64,000 nt of DNA from Bacillota bacterium (GCA_023460535.1 JAEWPV010000006.1:37824-101823); one strand, 5' to 3'. Counted from the first letter of the stretch, positions 26,017 through 36,263 are shown. The notes: generated by a model not told the origin, from the sequence alone. Numbers and translations: made by a program.

Positions 26017-27465
26017 ATGACGGATCATCTGAAAAGAAAGTATGGTCTTTTTACCGCCATTGCAATGGTGGTGGGCATTGTCATCGGCAGCGGGGTATTC
26101 TTTAAATCCGAAAAGGTATTGCAGGCAACGGGGGGTGATATGCCGCTGGGCATCCTCGCGTGGCTTATTGGCGGTGTCATCATGCTAAGCTGCTCCCTTG
26201 CGTTTGCGGTAATGGCAGGGCGTTACGAAAAGGCAAACGGCGCGGTGGATTATGCGGAGGCAACCTGCGGAACAGGCTACGCGTATATGATGGGCTGGTT
26301 TTTATGCACCATCTATTATCCGTCTTTGGCGGGTGTTTTGGCATGGGTTTCCGCGCGCTTTACCATCGTGTTTATTACCTCGGTCAATCCGGGCTTTGGT
26401 TTGCTCGTGCCCGTTTCACAGGGCGGCGCAATCATCGGTCCCGAGTGTATGGTGATTGCGGCGTTTTATCTTATTGCAAGCTATACGCTAAACACCCTGG
26501 CTCCAAGGCTTGCCGGCAAGTTCCAGGTTAGTGCAACGGTAATTAAACTTATCCCGCTCGTGCTCATGGCGGTGGTGGGCACGATATACGGGTTGCTGCA
26601 CGGCATCACATTGGAGAATTTCACAAAGGCTGCAGCGGTTTCGGTCGAAAGTGTTGTGCGGGTAAGCCCTTTGTTTGCGGCTGTGGTGGCGGTCGCGTTT
26701 GCATACGACGGTTGGATTGTCGCAACCTCCATTAACGCCGAGCTGAAAAACTCAAAAAGAAATCTGCCCCTCGCGCTGGTGTTCGGCGCCATCATCGTCA
26801 TTACCGTTTATGTTCTGTACTATATCGGGCTTGCGGGTGGCGCCACAACCGAGCAGCTTGTGCAAAACGCGACGTCGCCGTTTGTCAATATCTTTGGGCC
26901 CGTAGTTGGCACGGTATTGTTTTTGTTTATTACCATCTCCTGCCTCGGTACGCTGAACGGTTTGATGCTAGGATGCACACGAGGGTTGTATTTTCTTGCA
27001 GCAAGAAATCAGGGACCTAACCCCAAAATGTTCGAGAAGCTGGACCCCTCCACCAATATGCCCGCGAACTCTGCGGTCATCGGTTTGTTGCTCTCTGTAT
27101 TCTGGTTTTTGTATTTCTATGGCGCGAACCTGTCCTCGGGTTGGTTCGGGGTATTCAACTTCGACAGCTCGGAACTGCCCATTGTCAGCGCCTATTCCAT
27201 GTATATCCCTATTCTTATCCTGTTCATGGTAAAGGAAAAGAATGCAAGTCCCGTTAAACGCTTTGTGGTTCCTGCGCTTGCCGTATGCGGCTGCGTATTC
27301 ATGGTCATATCCGCTGTGTTCTCACACGGGGTGGTACCATTTCTCGAAGCCAAGGAACAAGGCCGTTTCTCGTTGCCGATTCTGTTTTATTTAATTGTTT
27401 TTGCCGTTTTTATGGGGGCAGGAGTGTTCCTTAACCGAAAGAGACAAGCGCAAACCGAAATATAG
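26017..27465 (+). CDS. APC family amino acid permease
   Basis: 'VGIVIGSGVFF', 'FAYDGW', 'ELKNSKRNLP', about 12 TM helices. Confidence 0.92.
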   Translation: MTDHLKRKYGLFTAIAMVVGIVIGSGVFFKSEKVLQATGGDMPLGILAWLIGGVIMLSCSLAFAVMAGRYEKANGAVDYAEATCGTGYAYMMGWFLCTIYYPSLAGVLAWVSARFTIVFITSVNPGFGLLVPVSQGGAIIGPECMVIAAFYLIASYTLNTLAPRLAGKFQVSATVIKLIPLVLMAVVGTIYGLLHGITLENFTKAAAVSVESVVRVSPLFAAVVAVAFAYDGWIVATSINAELKNSKRNLPLALVFGAIIVITVYVLYYIGLAGGATTEQLVQNATSPFVNIFGPVVGTVLFLFITISCLGTLNGLMLGCTRGLYFLAARNQGPNPKMFEKLDPSTNMPANSAVIGLLLSVFWFLYFYGANLSSGWFGVFNFDSSELPIVSAYSMYIPILILFMVKEKNASPVKRFVVPALAVCGCVFMVISAVFSHGVVPFLEAKEQGRFSLPILFYLIVFAVFMGAGVFLNRKRQAQTEI

Positions 27466-27498
27466 ACAGAAATCGATGTAATGGGGTTTTGGTTAACA

Positions 27499-27882
27499 AT
27501 GAATCTCAAACAACGGGTAAGCCAACTTAAATCAGATATTGGCGCCGTTTATTTTGCGTTAAGACATAGGGATACGCCGTGGTATGCTAAAGTGGTTGCA
27601 GGCATTACGGTTGCGTATGCCCTCTCCCCGGTCGACCTCATTCCGGATTTTATCCCTGTTTTGGGGTATCTGGATGACGTTGTTGTGCTTGGATTGCTTC
27701 TCATACTGGTAATAAAACTCATACCCAATACGGTTATGAAACAGTGTAGGGAGCGGGTAAAAGACCTGTGGCAAGGGACGGCGGCAAAGCGATGGGTATA
27801 CGCGCTACCGATAATTGCGATATGGTTAATTCTCTTGTTTTTCATAGTAAAAGCGATATATAAACTGCTTACCGAGCAATAA
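27499..27882 (+). CDS. YkvA/DUF1232 family membrane protein
   Basis: 'TPWYAK...YALSPVDLIPDFIPVLGYLDD'. Confidence 0.92.
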   Translation: MNLKQRVSQLKSDIGAVYFALRHRDTPWYAKVVAGITVAYALSPVDLIPDFIPVLGYLDDVVVLGLLLILVIKLIPNTVMKQCRERVKDLWQGTAAKRWVYALPIIAIWLILLFFIVKAIYKLLTEQ

Positions 27883-27912
27883 ATCAATGGTTGCGAAGAT
27901 GTATAGATAGGC

Positions 27913-28686
27913 GTGAATACAATGACGATTTCCAAAGATGCTCCGACGAAAACGTATCGTACCGCAATGGTTGCTAAGCTTACGGGTATACATCCAAACA
28001 CGGTTCGTCTGTATGAGGAGTGCGGACTGATTCCCAAACCTCTCCGGGCACAAAACGGGTACCGTGTGTTTTCCGACGTTCATGTGCAGCAGATTCACCT
28101 TGCTCGCATCGCGTTGCGGTCTGGGCTAATTCAAAACGGATTACGCAAACGCGCAATTGAGATTATTAAGCGATCCGCTGCCGGAGAATATGACTGTGCC
28201 ATCGAGCTATGCCAGCAATACCTATCCTGCGTAAAAGCAGAGCAGCACCGCGCAGAAGAAGCGCTGGAGATAACCGAAAAACTACTCTTCGGTACGCAGC
28301 CTAAGCTCAAGACGGTAACGCTTAACCGCAAGCAAACCGCCGAGCTGTTGGGTATTACCATCGATACCCTGCGCAACTGGGAGATGAACGGTCTATTAAC
28401 CGCAAAACGCAGAGAAAACGGCTATCGGATATACAATTCTGATGATATTAACACATTGAAGATTATCCGAACCCTTCGCTGCGCGCAATATTCATTAACA
28501 TCAATATTGCGGCTGCTCACCACCTTATCAAAGCGGTCAGGGGTTAATCTGCGCGAGGTGTTGGACACCCCACAGAAAACGGAAGATATCGTATGGGTGT
28601 GTGACCGGCTTATCACCTCACTTTCTAAGCTAGAGGAAGACATCTACCGAATGATCGAGCAAATTCACGTATTGAAAAGCTTGTAA
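27913..28686 (+). CDS. MerR family regulator with two HTH domains
   Basis: 'IHPNTVRLYE...NGYRVF' and 'ITIDTLRNWE...NGYRIY'. Confidence 0.9.
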   Translation: MNTMTISKDAPTKTYRTAMVAKLTGIHPNTVRLYEECGLIPKPLRAQNGYRVFSDVHVQQIHLARIALRSGLIQNGLRKRAIEIIKRSAAGEYDCAIELCQQYLSCVKAEQHRAEEALEITEKLLFGTQPKLKTVTLNRKQTAELLGITIDTLRNWEMNGLLTAKRRENGYRIYNSDDINTLKIIRTLRCAQYSLTSILRLLTTLSKRSGVNLREVLDTPQKTEDIVWVCDRLITSLSKLEEDIYRMIEQIHVLKSL

Positions 28687-28780
28687 ACTGCAACCCTCCA
28701 CTATATCACCAGACTTTTGTTTGGTGATATTTTTTTGTGGTAGTCATTTATCAACTATTACATCTTAAGGAGGGCTCTGC

Positions 28781-29521
28781 GTGGAATATGCTGTTCAGGT
28801 TGAGAACCTGAAAAAATCTTACGGAACGCTGACCGCAGTACGAGGGGTGAGCTTTTCGGTAAAACAAGGAGAGGTGTTCGGGCTGTTGGGCGCCAACGGC
28901 GCAGGAAAAAGCACGACCATCGAGTGCGTACTAGGCACAAAGAGGCAGGATGAAGGGTTTGCTCGCATACTTGGGCTTGACCCAATCAAGAACCGAAAGC
29001 GGTTATTCGAACAGGTCGGGGTACAATTTCAGGAGTCGAGCTATCAGGAGAAGATTACCGTAGCCGAGCTGTGCGAGATGACATCGTCACTTTACAAAGA
29101 GCCGGAAAGCTGGAAAACCATACTTAGCCTGTTTGGTCTGGGTGAGAAAAGCAAAAGCTTTGTAGCCGAGCTGTCCGGCGGTCAACGTCAGCGGCTCTAT
29201 ATCGTTCTTGCGCTTATTCCAAACCCGAAGGTCGTTTTTTTGGATGAACTGACCACAGGGCTTGACGCCAAAGCGCGCAGGGAGGTATGGTCGCATTTGC
29301 GCACGCTCAAAGAAAAAGGCATGACCATCGTGCTAACCTCTCATTACATGGATGAGGTGGAGGCGCTGTGCGACAGCATCTGCATCTTAAAGCAGGGCGA
29401 TGTCATCTTTCAGGGCACGGTGCAGGAGGCGATTCAAAACAGCCCGTACGGTAGGCTGGAGGACGCGTACCTTTGGTACGCCGATGATGATGAGGAGGCT
29501 AACTGTGATGAAAGCGTTTAG
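28781..29521 (+). CDS. ABC-2 type transporter ATP-binding protein
   Basis: GANGAGKST, LSGGQRQR, FLDELTTGLD, SHYM. Confidence 0.93.
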   Translation: MEYAVQVENLKKSYGTLTAVRGVSFSVKQGEVFGLLGANGAGKSTTIECVLGTKRQDEGFARILGLDPIKNRKRLFEQVGVQFQESSYQEKITVAELCEMTSSLYKEPESWKTILSLFGLGEKSKSFVAELSGGQRQRLYIVLALIPNPKVVFLDELTTGLDAKARREVWSHLRTLKEKGMTIVLTSHYMDEVEALCDSICILKQGDVIFQGTVQEAIQNSPYGRLEDAYLWYADDDEEANCDESV

Positions 29522-30251
29522 AACTATGCTCAAAACAGAGTTAAAGCTTGCCCTGCGCGGCATGGATATGGTTATCTTCGCCCAGATCATGCCGGTGGTG
29601 GTCACGGTAATTATCGGGCTGCTTTTTGGCGGTAAGCCTGCATATAATGGCGCGTCCTACACCTTTTTTGCGCAGTCGTTTGGCGCGCTGGCATCAATCG
29701 GTATCTGCGCATCTGGCTTAATGGGGCTGCCAATTGTGATTGCTGACTACCGCCACAAGAAGATACTTAAGCGGTTTCGGGTTACCCCTGTAAGCCCGTC
29801 AATGATTCTGGTTGTTCAGGTTACCGCGCATTTTTTGCAGTCGGTATTATCCGCGATTTTGGTTTATCTCGTCAGTGCGGTCTTTTTCGGCTTTCGTTTG
29901 CAGGGTTCGGTGCTTGCGTTTATCGGCTCATTCTTGGTTGTGCTTCTCTCCATATACAGCATCGGTCTTTTGATTGGCGGTGTTTCACCCAGCATTAAAG
30001 TCTCAAACCTTCTGTGCACCATTTTTTACTTCCCCATGCTTCTGTTTTCCGGTGCTACACTGCCATATGAGATTCTGCCCCCTGTGTTTCAGCGTATATC
30101 CGATGTCATGCCGCTCACGCAGGGAATTAAGCTGCTTAAGGCGACGTCCCTCGGGCTGCCGGTGCAAACCGCTGTCGTCCCCCTAATCATCATGGGGGTA
30201 CTAGCGGTAGTGTGCGTTACCGTCGCCGTGCGTTTCTTCCGGTGGGAATAA
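29508..30251 (+). CDS. ABC-2 type transporter permease
   Basis: 'ILKRFRVTPV', 'FPMLLFSG', 'FFRWE'; 6 TM helices; overlaps the ATPase. Confidence 0.92.
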   Translation: MKAFRTMLKTELKLALRGMDMVIFAQIMPVVVTVIIGLLFGGKPAYNGASYTFFAQSFGALASIGICASGLMGLPIVIADYRHKKILKRFRVTPVSPSMILVVQVTAHFLQSVLSAILVYLVSAVFFGFRLQGSVLAFIGSFLVVLLSIYSIGLLIGGVSPSIKVSNLLCTIFYFPMLLFSGATLPYEILPPVFQRISDVMPLTQGIKLLKATSLGLPVQTAVVPLIIMGVLAVVCVTVAVRFFRWE

Positions 30252-30369
30252 GTGATAGATTATAACTTGCGGGGGGCTGTCCGTTTATGGGCAGCCCCCA
30301 ATAGTTATGCAGAACGATTGCGGCTACGGATATGAAAGAAAAGTACTTGACTATCTGTGATTGTGTTGT

Positions 30370-30399
30370 TTGACACCCGGTCGGCGCTGGTGATATAAT
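30370..30399 (+). promoter_or_regulatory. Sigma-A promoter of the femAB-yaaO operon
   Basis: TTGACA-18 bp-TATAAT with extended -10 TG. Confidence 0.6.
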
Positions 30400-30605
30400 T
30401 CTATGAAGCCTAGTTGCGGTCAATTACCGTGCCCAGCAGGTTAATTATACGCAAAACGATGCGGCTTTTACTTTCTTCAAACACGCATGGTGTTTTGATT
30501 TCTTTGGCATACGATTCCCTTTCGGGTTTCATACTATACTAAACTGGGTTACTGTGATTACATGTATTTCGCTTAGCAAAGCAACGACGGAAAGGCGTGG
30601 TCATC

Positions 30606-31670
30606 ATGATGGAACTGCTCAAAAAAGAAACAGAGGCGGAGTTCGAGCAATTTGTGCGCACCCATAAAAACGGCAGCTTTATGCAGTCGCTGGCATGGCC
30701 AAAGGTCAAAAACAACTGGGGCTATGACGGTGTGTTGTCCCGGAGCAGCAGCGGCGAGATTCGTGGTGCCATGCTTGTTCTGATTCAGCGCGCACCCATC
30801 ATCGGCGCTGCTTTCTTATACGCCCCCCGCGGACCGGTTTGCGACTTTTCAGATGCCGAGGCGATGTCGGAACTAACCGAGGGCGTGCATGCGCTTGCAA
30901 AAAAACACCGCGCCTATCAGTTTGTCATGGACCCCGACGTACTTGCGTCGGATATCGAGTTTATCGGGCTTTCTCAAAGCCTCGGGTACCGCTATACCAA
31001 GGGTGGCGATAACTTCGAGACGATTCAGCCGCGTTTTAATTACAGGCTAAACACCAAAAACCGAACCGAGGACGAATTGTTTGCGTCGCTTACGCAAAAA
31101 ACACGTTACAATGTTCGCGTCGCCCTCAAGCACCGGGTAGAGGTCCGCATCTGCGGCAAAGAGATGCTCGATGAGTTTGTGCGCATCTATAAAACGACCG
31201 GCGAGCGCGACGGCTTTAATACCCGCCCCAAATCCTACTTCGAGCGGATGCTCGACGCGCTGGGGGATAACTGCCGCCTGTACATGGGCTTTTATCAGGG
31301 ACAAGCCATCGCGGGGGCAATCTCCACCCAATATGCGGGCAAGACCTGTTATGTGTACGGCGCTTCGGATAACGTTTTTCGCAACGTGATGCCAAACTAC
31401 CTGGTCCAGTGGGAGATGATTAAATGGGCGGTAGAGAGCGGAAGTTCGGTTTATGATTTTCAGGGCGTGTCGGGCGTGCTGGACGAAAGCAATCCGCTGT
31501 ACGGTCTGTACCGCTTTAAACGCGGCTTTAACGGCGAGCTGGTAGAGCTTGCGGGTGAATTCGGCATCCTGTTTAAGCCGCTTACCAACACCCTGATAAA
31601 CCTTGGTATTGATACGAGAGAGCGCCTTGCCAAGGCGAAAAAACGCCTGAAAAACGGTGAAAGACAATGA
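30606..31670 (+). CDS. FemABX/MurM family peptidoglycan bridge-forming aminoacyltransferase
   Basis: 'FMQSLAW', 'YAPRGPV', 'IQPR', 'KTRYNVR', 'YVYGAS', 'GLYRFKRGF'. Confidence 0.92.
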   Translation: MMELLKKETEAEFEQFVRTHKNGSFMQSLAWPKVKNNWGYDGVLSRSSSGEIRGAMLVLIQRAPIIGAAFLYAPRGPVCDFSDAEAMSELTEGVHALAKKHRAYQFVMDPDVLASDIEFIGLSQSLGYRYTKGGDNFETIQPRFNYRLNTKNRTEDELFASLTQKTRYNVRVALKHRVEVRICGKEMLDEFVRIYKTTGERDGFNTRPKSYFERMLDALGDNCRLYMGFYQGQAIAGAISTQYAGKTCYVYGASDNVFRNVMPNYLVQWEMIKWAVESGSSVYDFQGVSGVLDESNPLYGLYRFKRGFNGELVELAGEFGILFKPLTNTLINLGIDTRERLAKAKKRLKNGERQ

Positions 31671-33046
31671 CAAAACCCATCGATACGCCGTTGTATGCCG
31701 CCTTAAATGATGTAATAAACAAAGACTTCTCCCGTTTTCATATGCCCGGACACAAGGGCTGTGACCGCTCGGGGCTGTTTGGCGAAGTGCTTCGGTATGA
31801 TTTTACCGAGGTGGACGGAACCGACAGCCTGTACCATGCAAGCGAGGCAATTCTGCGCAGCGAACAACGCATAGCCGCCTATTACGGCGCAAAACGCAGC
31901 CTGTTCGGCACACAGGGCTCCACGCTTTGTATTCAGACCATGCTTGCGTTGGTGCGCGGGCGTGGCAAAACGCTTGTGATTGCGCGCGGCGCACACGTGG
32001 CTGCGGCAAACGCAGCGGCGCTGCTGAACTTTGACCTGCATTGGGTTTATCCTGATGTGAATACAAAAACCGGTGTGCCCCTTCCCGTTACCCCGCAGCA
32101 GATAGCGAACGCGCTTGCGGGCGGCGAGGAGGTGGCAGCCGTATACGTCACCTCTCCCAGCTATTACGGCGTACTTACCGATATATCCGGCATTGCCAGG
32201 GTCTGCAAAAGCTATGGGGTGCCGCTGATTGTAGACTCCGCCCACGGCGCGCATCTTAAGGCGTCCGGATTGCCCGACCCCATAGAACAGGGTGCCGCAA
32301 TGTGTGCGCAGAGCGCGCATAAAACACTGCCGGTAATAACGGGGGGCGCGTTTTTGCATATTGCCGACGAACAGTTTGTGTGCGGCGCAAAGGAAGAGAT
32401 GTCGCTGTTTGGCTCCACAAGCCCAAGCTACCTAACCATGCTTTCGCTCGATGCGTGCGCGTCCTATCTCGAAGCGGACGCGAACGCTGAGTTCTCGGCA
32501 CTGCGCACACGCATACAACTACTGGAGCAGCTTGCCCTTTCGCAGGGCTTTACGCAGATTTTTTCAGACGACGTTGCGCGCGACGATACCCGCCTATGCC
32601 TGTGCGCCGCAGACCTTGGCTACACCGGGGCACAGCTGGTTGCCCACCTTGCCCATTACGCCATCGAGCCGGAGTACGCGGGGGATAACACGGTGGTGCT
32701 GCTTGCTTCGCCCGCCAATACAGAGCGGGATTATGAGCGGCTGAGTAAAGCGATAATCGGCATCGTACCAACAGGCATAACAGTCGCTTCGGTGCCAAAG
32801 CCGGTGCAGCCGGTGCAGGCGATTTCCCCCCACAAGGCGTTGTTTTCTAAAAGAGAGTGTGTGCCACTTGCCGAAGCGGCAGGACGCATCGCGGCACGCA
32901 ACCAAAGCAGCTGCCCGCCGGGTGTTCCCGTGGTGTTGTGCGGTGAGCTGATTACGCCCGAGGCACAGGGGCAGATGCACCATTACGGCATCGAGTCGGT
33001 GTGGGTGGTGCGTAGGCCAGAAGAGTTAACAGAAAAGGGGCAATAA
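31667..33046 (+). CDS. PLP-dependent Arg/Lys/Orn decarboxylase (YaaO-like)
   Basis: FHMPGHKG, TSPSYYG, DSAHGAH, SAHKTLP, STSPSY, PPGVP. Confidence 0.9.
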   Translation: MTKPIDTPLYAALNDVINKDFSRFHMPGHKGCDRSGLFGEVLRYDFTEVDGTDSLYHASEAILRSEQRIAAYYGAKRSLFGTQGSTLCIQTMLALVRGRGKTLVIARGAHVAAANAAALLNFDLHWVYPDVNTKTGVPLPVTPQQIANALAGGEEVAAVYVTSPSYYGVLTDISGIARVCKSYGVPLIVDSAHGAHLKASGLPDPIEQGAAMCAQSAHKTLPVITGGAFLHIADEQFVCGAKEEMSLFGSTSPSYLTMLSLDACASYLEADANAEFSALRTRIQLLEQLALSQGFTQIFSDDVARDDTRLCLCAADLGYTGAQLVAHLAHYAIEPEYAGDNTVVLLASPANTERDYERLSKAIIGIVPTGITVASVPKPVQPVQAISPHKALFSKRECVPLAEAAGRIAARNQSSCPPGVPVVLCGELITPEAQGQMHHYGIESVWVVRRPEELTEKGQ

Positions 33047-33049
33047 TCG

Positions 33050-33580
33050 TTGGACATTACTGTGCGAGCCTATCATTGTGAGGATCTTTCGCAGATGACC
33101 GATATCTGGAACGCAGTGGTACACGAGGGGCTGGCTTTTCCGCAAATAGAACCGCTCACCGAAGCGTCCGCCAAAGAATTTTTTGCACAGCAATCGCACA
33201 CCGGCGTCGCGGTTAACGGTGACGAGGTGGTCGGGTTGTACATCCTGCACCCCAACAATATCGGTCGGTGCGGGCATATCTCCAACGCCTCGTATGCGGT
33301 CAAGCAGGGCTGCACGGGCAGGGGAATCGGCGAGAAGCTGGTTCGCGACTGCATCAGAACAGGGGCGGCACTGGGCTTTCGAATTCTGCAGTTTAACGCC
33401 GTGGTCGCAACCAATACCGCCGCAATTCGATTGTATGATAAGCTGGGTTTTCACCGGCTTGGGCGCATCCCAAAGGGCTTTATGCAAAAGAACGGTGCCT
33501 ACGAGGATATTATACTGTTTTACATTGAGCTGGAGCATGAGAAAGAACCGCAATATACGTCCAGCCCCGACACTTTCTGA
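33050..33580 (+). CDS. GNAT N-acetyltransferase
   Basis: 'YILHPNNIGRCGHISNASYAV', 'GRGIG', 'LQFNAVVATN..A..LY..LGF'. Confidence 0.88.
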   Translation: MDITVRAYHCEDLSQMTDIWNAVVHEGLAFPQIEPLTEASAKEFFAQQSHTGVAVNGDEVVGLYILHPNNIGRCGHISNASYAVKQGCTGRGIGEKLVRDCIRTGAALGFRILQFNAVVATNTAAIRLYDKLGFHRLGRIPKGFMQKNGAYEDIILFYIELEHEKEPQYTSSPDTF

Positions 33581-33735
33581 TATATGCAAGCGGTATAAAT
33601 TTGCATTTAGAGGTTGCTATTGGTTGCCCGGTAGAGTACAATATATATGTAGACGTGGTAGGATTTCTATTGCGTTTCAACAGTATTTTGCATCCGCAAC
33701 TGTTTAATCTATTCTATCAATGGGAGGGCTTGCTG

Positions 33736-34059
33736 ATGAAACTGATTATTGCGATTGTTAGCAGCGATGACAGCTCTGTGGTTTCCACGGCGCTGACCAA
33801 GGAGGGCTTTTCCGTAACCAAGCTTGCAACAACAGGCGGATTTTTAATGTCGGGTAACACCACCTTCCTCATCGGAACAGAGGATGACAAGGTCGAGCAG
33901 GTTATCGACATTGTTGCACAGCACAGTAAAAAGCGCACGCAGATGGTGCCGTCTTCCACGTCCTACGGGGTAGGGCTGTACAGCTCGTTCCCCATAGAGG
34001 TAACGGTAGGGGGCGCGACCATCTTCGTAACCGATGTGGAAAGGTTTGAAAAGGTTTAG
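33736..34059 (+). CDS. darA: Cyclic-di-AMP receptor (DarA/PstA/YaaQ)
   Basis: MKLIIAIV..DD, TKLATTGGFL..GNTTF, VGGATIFV. Confidence 0.9.
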   Translation: MKLIIAIVSSDDSSVVSTALTKEGFSVTKLATTGGFLMSGNTTFLIGTEDDKVEQVIDIVAQHSKKRTQMVPSSTSYGVGLYSSFPIEVTVGGATIFVTDVERFEKV

Positions 34060-35039
34060 TGAACACGCAGCGCTTGAATGAATGCTTTTACGCAAATCAA
34101 CAGGCGAAACAAACGCTCGCCGCCTTTTTAGACGGCGGGCGTATTGTGCATGGCATTCTGTTAACGGGCGAGCGCGGCCTTGGCAAACGAACCTTTGCGC
34201 GGCTGATGGCAGCGGCGTTTTTGTGCAGAGAGCAGGATTCGCCCTGCCTGCAATGTGCAAGCTGCAAAAAAATACTTGCGGGCAACCACCCGGATGTTAT
34301 AATCTACTCGGGCGACGGGGAAAAGGCAAGGTCGTTTCACATCGACGCCGTGCGAGAACTCCGGCGCAGAGCGCAGCTAAAGCCCAACGAGGCTTTGGTA
34401 AAGGTGTTTATCCTCGCGAACTGCGAAACAATGACGGCGCAGGCGCAAAACGCACTGTTAAAACTGCTGGAGGAGCCGCCCGCCGATACCATGTTTATTC
34501 TCACCGCAGCTTCACGCTCCGCACTGCTAGACACGGTGCTGTCGCGCCTGACCGAGATTCGCATCCAGCCACTGGACCCCGAGGAGTGCGCCGAGCGATT
34601 GTGTGCACTGTTACCGGATATGGATAGAACGCGTGCTCAGGAAGCGGCGCGCCTATGCGGAGGAAACCTCGGCAGAGCGCAGGAAATGCTGATAAATGAC
34701 GATCCGATGGCACCGGCAAGGCTTGCGCTCGGCGTTTTAAACGCCGCCGTTCAAAACGAGTACGCGCTGCTGCTTGCCCTGAATGGGGTAGGGGACAGAA
34801 CGCAGTTTGTGCTGATGCTCGACCGTTTGATGCTGCTATGCAGGGACATTTTAGCCGCAAAGCTTGGCTCGCACACCACATTAACCGGCGAAACATTGTC
34901 GCCGGAGATTGTAGACGCAGTAACCCGCTCCAAAGCGATGCAGATGATAACTAGCGCCGAGACGGCACAGCGTATGCTGCTGCATAACGCGCAGATTGCA
35001 CTGGTTGCGTCATGGCTATGCAGCCGATTTTACTCCTAA
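34059..35039 (+). CDS. holB: DNA polymerase III delta' subunit
   Basis: GERGLGK, CxxxxxPCxxCxxC Zn motif, NHPD, AQNALLKLLEEPP, TVLSR; position in the yaaQ-holB-yaaT locus. Confidence 0.9.
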   Translation: MNTQRLNECFYANQQAKQTLAAFLDGGRIVHGILLTGERGLGKRTFARLMAAAFLCREQDSPCLQCASCKKILAGNHPDVIIYSGDGEKARSFHIDAVRELRRRAQLKPNEALVKVFILANCETMTAQAQNALLKLLEEPPADTMFILTAASRSALLDTVLSRLTEIRIQPLDPEECAERLCALLPDMDRTRAQEAARLCGGNLGRAQEMLINDDPMAPARLALGVLNAAVQNEYALLLALNGVGDRTQFVLMLDRLMLLCRDILAAKLGSHTTLTGETLSPEIVDAVTRSKAMQMITSAETAQRMLLHNAQIALVASWLCSRFYS

Positions 35040-35062
35040 TTTTACGATGAAAACACCCTAAA

Positions 35063-35334
35063 AGGTTAACATAACATTGCGCGGCGCAGCCTGCCCGAGA
35101 GTAAAAGCGGCAGACGAGCATCATAGCAACCGCGCCCCACCCTAACGTGGGCAACCTGATTTAGTTTGCGCGAAAAATCCGCAGCTGTCCGGTAAAGGCT
35201 GCGGCTAAGGAGCATTGCCAATGCAATGTTCTACTAAAACCCATTTGCCGGATAAGGCGTTATATCAAGATATCATAACGCCGGTGCTTGGCGCATTTTT
35301 GTGATTGACCGTCATACCGGTTTATCCAATGGGT
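35063..35334 (+). ncRNA. Candidate structured RNA/leader between holB and ricT (family unknown)
   Basis: At least nine complementary stems forming two multibranch domains and two hairpins; no credible ORF. Confidence 0.4.
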
Positions 35335-35364
35335 GCGCGGTGCCTATAAAGAAAGGAAGTAGCT

Positions 35365-36234
35365 ATGGCAGAGGTAATCGGCGTTCGGTTTAAAAATGTA
35401 GGTAAGGTATACTACTTTGCCCCGAACGGCATAAGCATTGATAAGGGCAACTTTGTTATCGTAGAAACGGCCAGAGGTGTAGAGTGCGGCGAGGTCGTTA
35501 TGGCAAACCGCGAGGTGGATGACAGCAGCATTGTACACCCGCTTAAAAACGTAATTCGCGTCGCGACCGAAAAGGACGTTAAGCAGGTAGAGGATAACGC
35601 CGCAAAACAGAAAAAGGCGTTTGATGTGTGCCAGCAGAAGATTGCAAAGCACGGGCTGGACATGAAGCTGGTGGATGTGGAGTACACCTTTGACAACAAC
35701 AAGATTTTGTTTTACTTCACCGCAGACGGCAGGGTAGATTTCAGAGAACTGGTTAAGGATTTGGCATCGGTTTTTCGTACCCGTATCGAGCTGCGCCAGA
35801 TTGGTGTGCGCGACGAGGCGAAGATGCTCGGAGGACTTGGCATCTGCGGCAAACCGTTTTGCTGCTCCACCTTCCTCGGCGAGTTTCAGCCCGTTACCAT
35901 TCGCATGGCAAAGGAGCAGGGATTGTCGCTGAACCCCACCAAGATATCCGGCACCTGCGGCAGGCTGATGTGCTGCTTAAAGTACGAGCAGGAGGCATAC
36001 GAAGATCTGTTAAGGATAACCCCGAAGATGGGCGCGTATGTCAAAACCAAGGACGGCAGAGGCACGGTGGTGGATGTGAACCTGCTTACCGGCATTTTGC
36101 GCGTGCGACTGGATAAATTCCCCGACGCCGCACCCAAGGTGTTTACCCGAAGCGAGGTCAGCTTAATCCGCGACGCGCAGATTAAGGTGGATAGCTCGGA
36201 GCTGGCGCAGCTGCGCAGCCTGGAAAAAGAGTAA
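35365..36234 (+). CDS. ricT: PSP1/YaaT (RicT) stage 0 sporulation family protein
   Basis: 'RVDFRELVKDL', 'GICG...CC', 'ISGTCGRLMCCLKYE'. Confidence 0.93.
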   Translation: MAEVIGVRFKNVGKVYYFAPNGISIDKGNFVIVETARGVECGEVVMANREVDDSSIVHPLKNVIRVATEKDVKQVEDNAAKQKKAFDVCQQKIAKHGLDMKLVDVEYTFDNNKILFYFTADGRVDFRELVKDLASVFRTRIELRQIGVRDEAKMLGGLGICGKPFCCSTFLGEFQPVTIRMAKEQGLSLNPTKISGTCGRLMCCLKYEQEAYEDLLRITPKMGAYVKTKDGRGTVVDVNLLTGILRVRLDKFPDAAPKVFTRSEVSLIRDAQIKVDSSELAQLRSLEKE

Positions 36235-36263
36235 ACGGCAGGCGCTGCTGCAATTACTGTACC

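Noticed and set aside
30272..30299. GC hairpin after the ABC permease as a regulatory RNA
   Set aside because: Simple stem right after a stop codon; most likely a weak terminator
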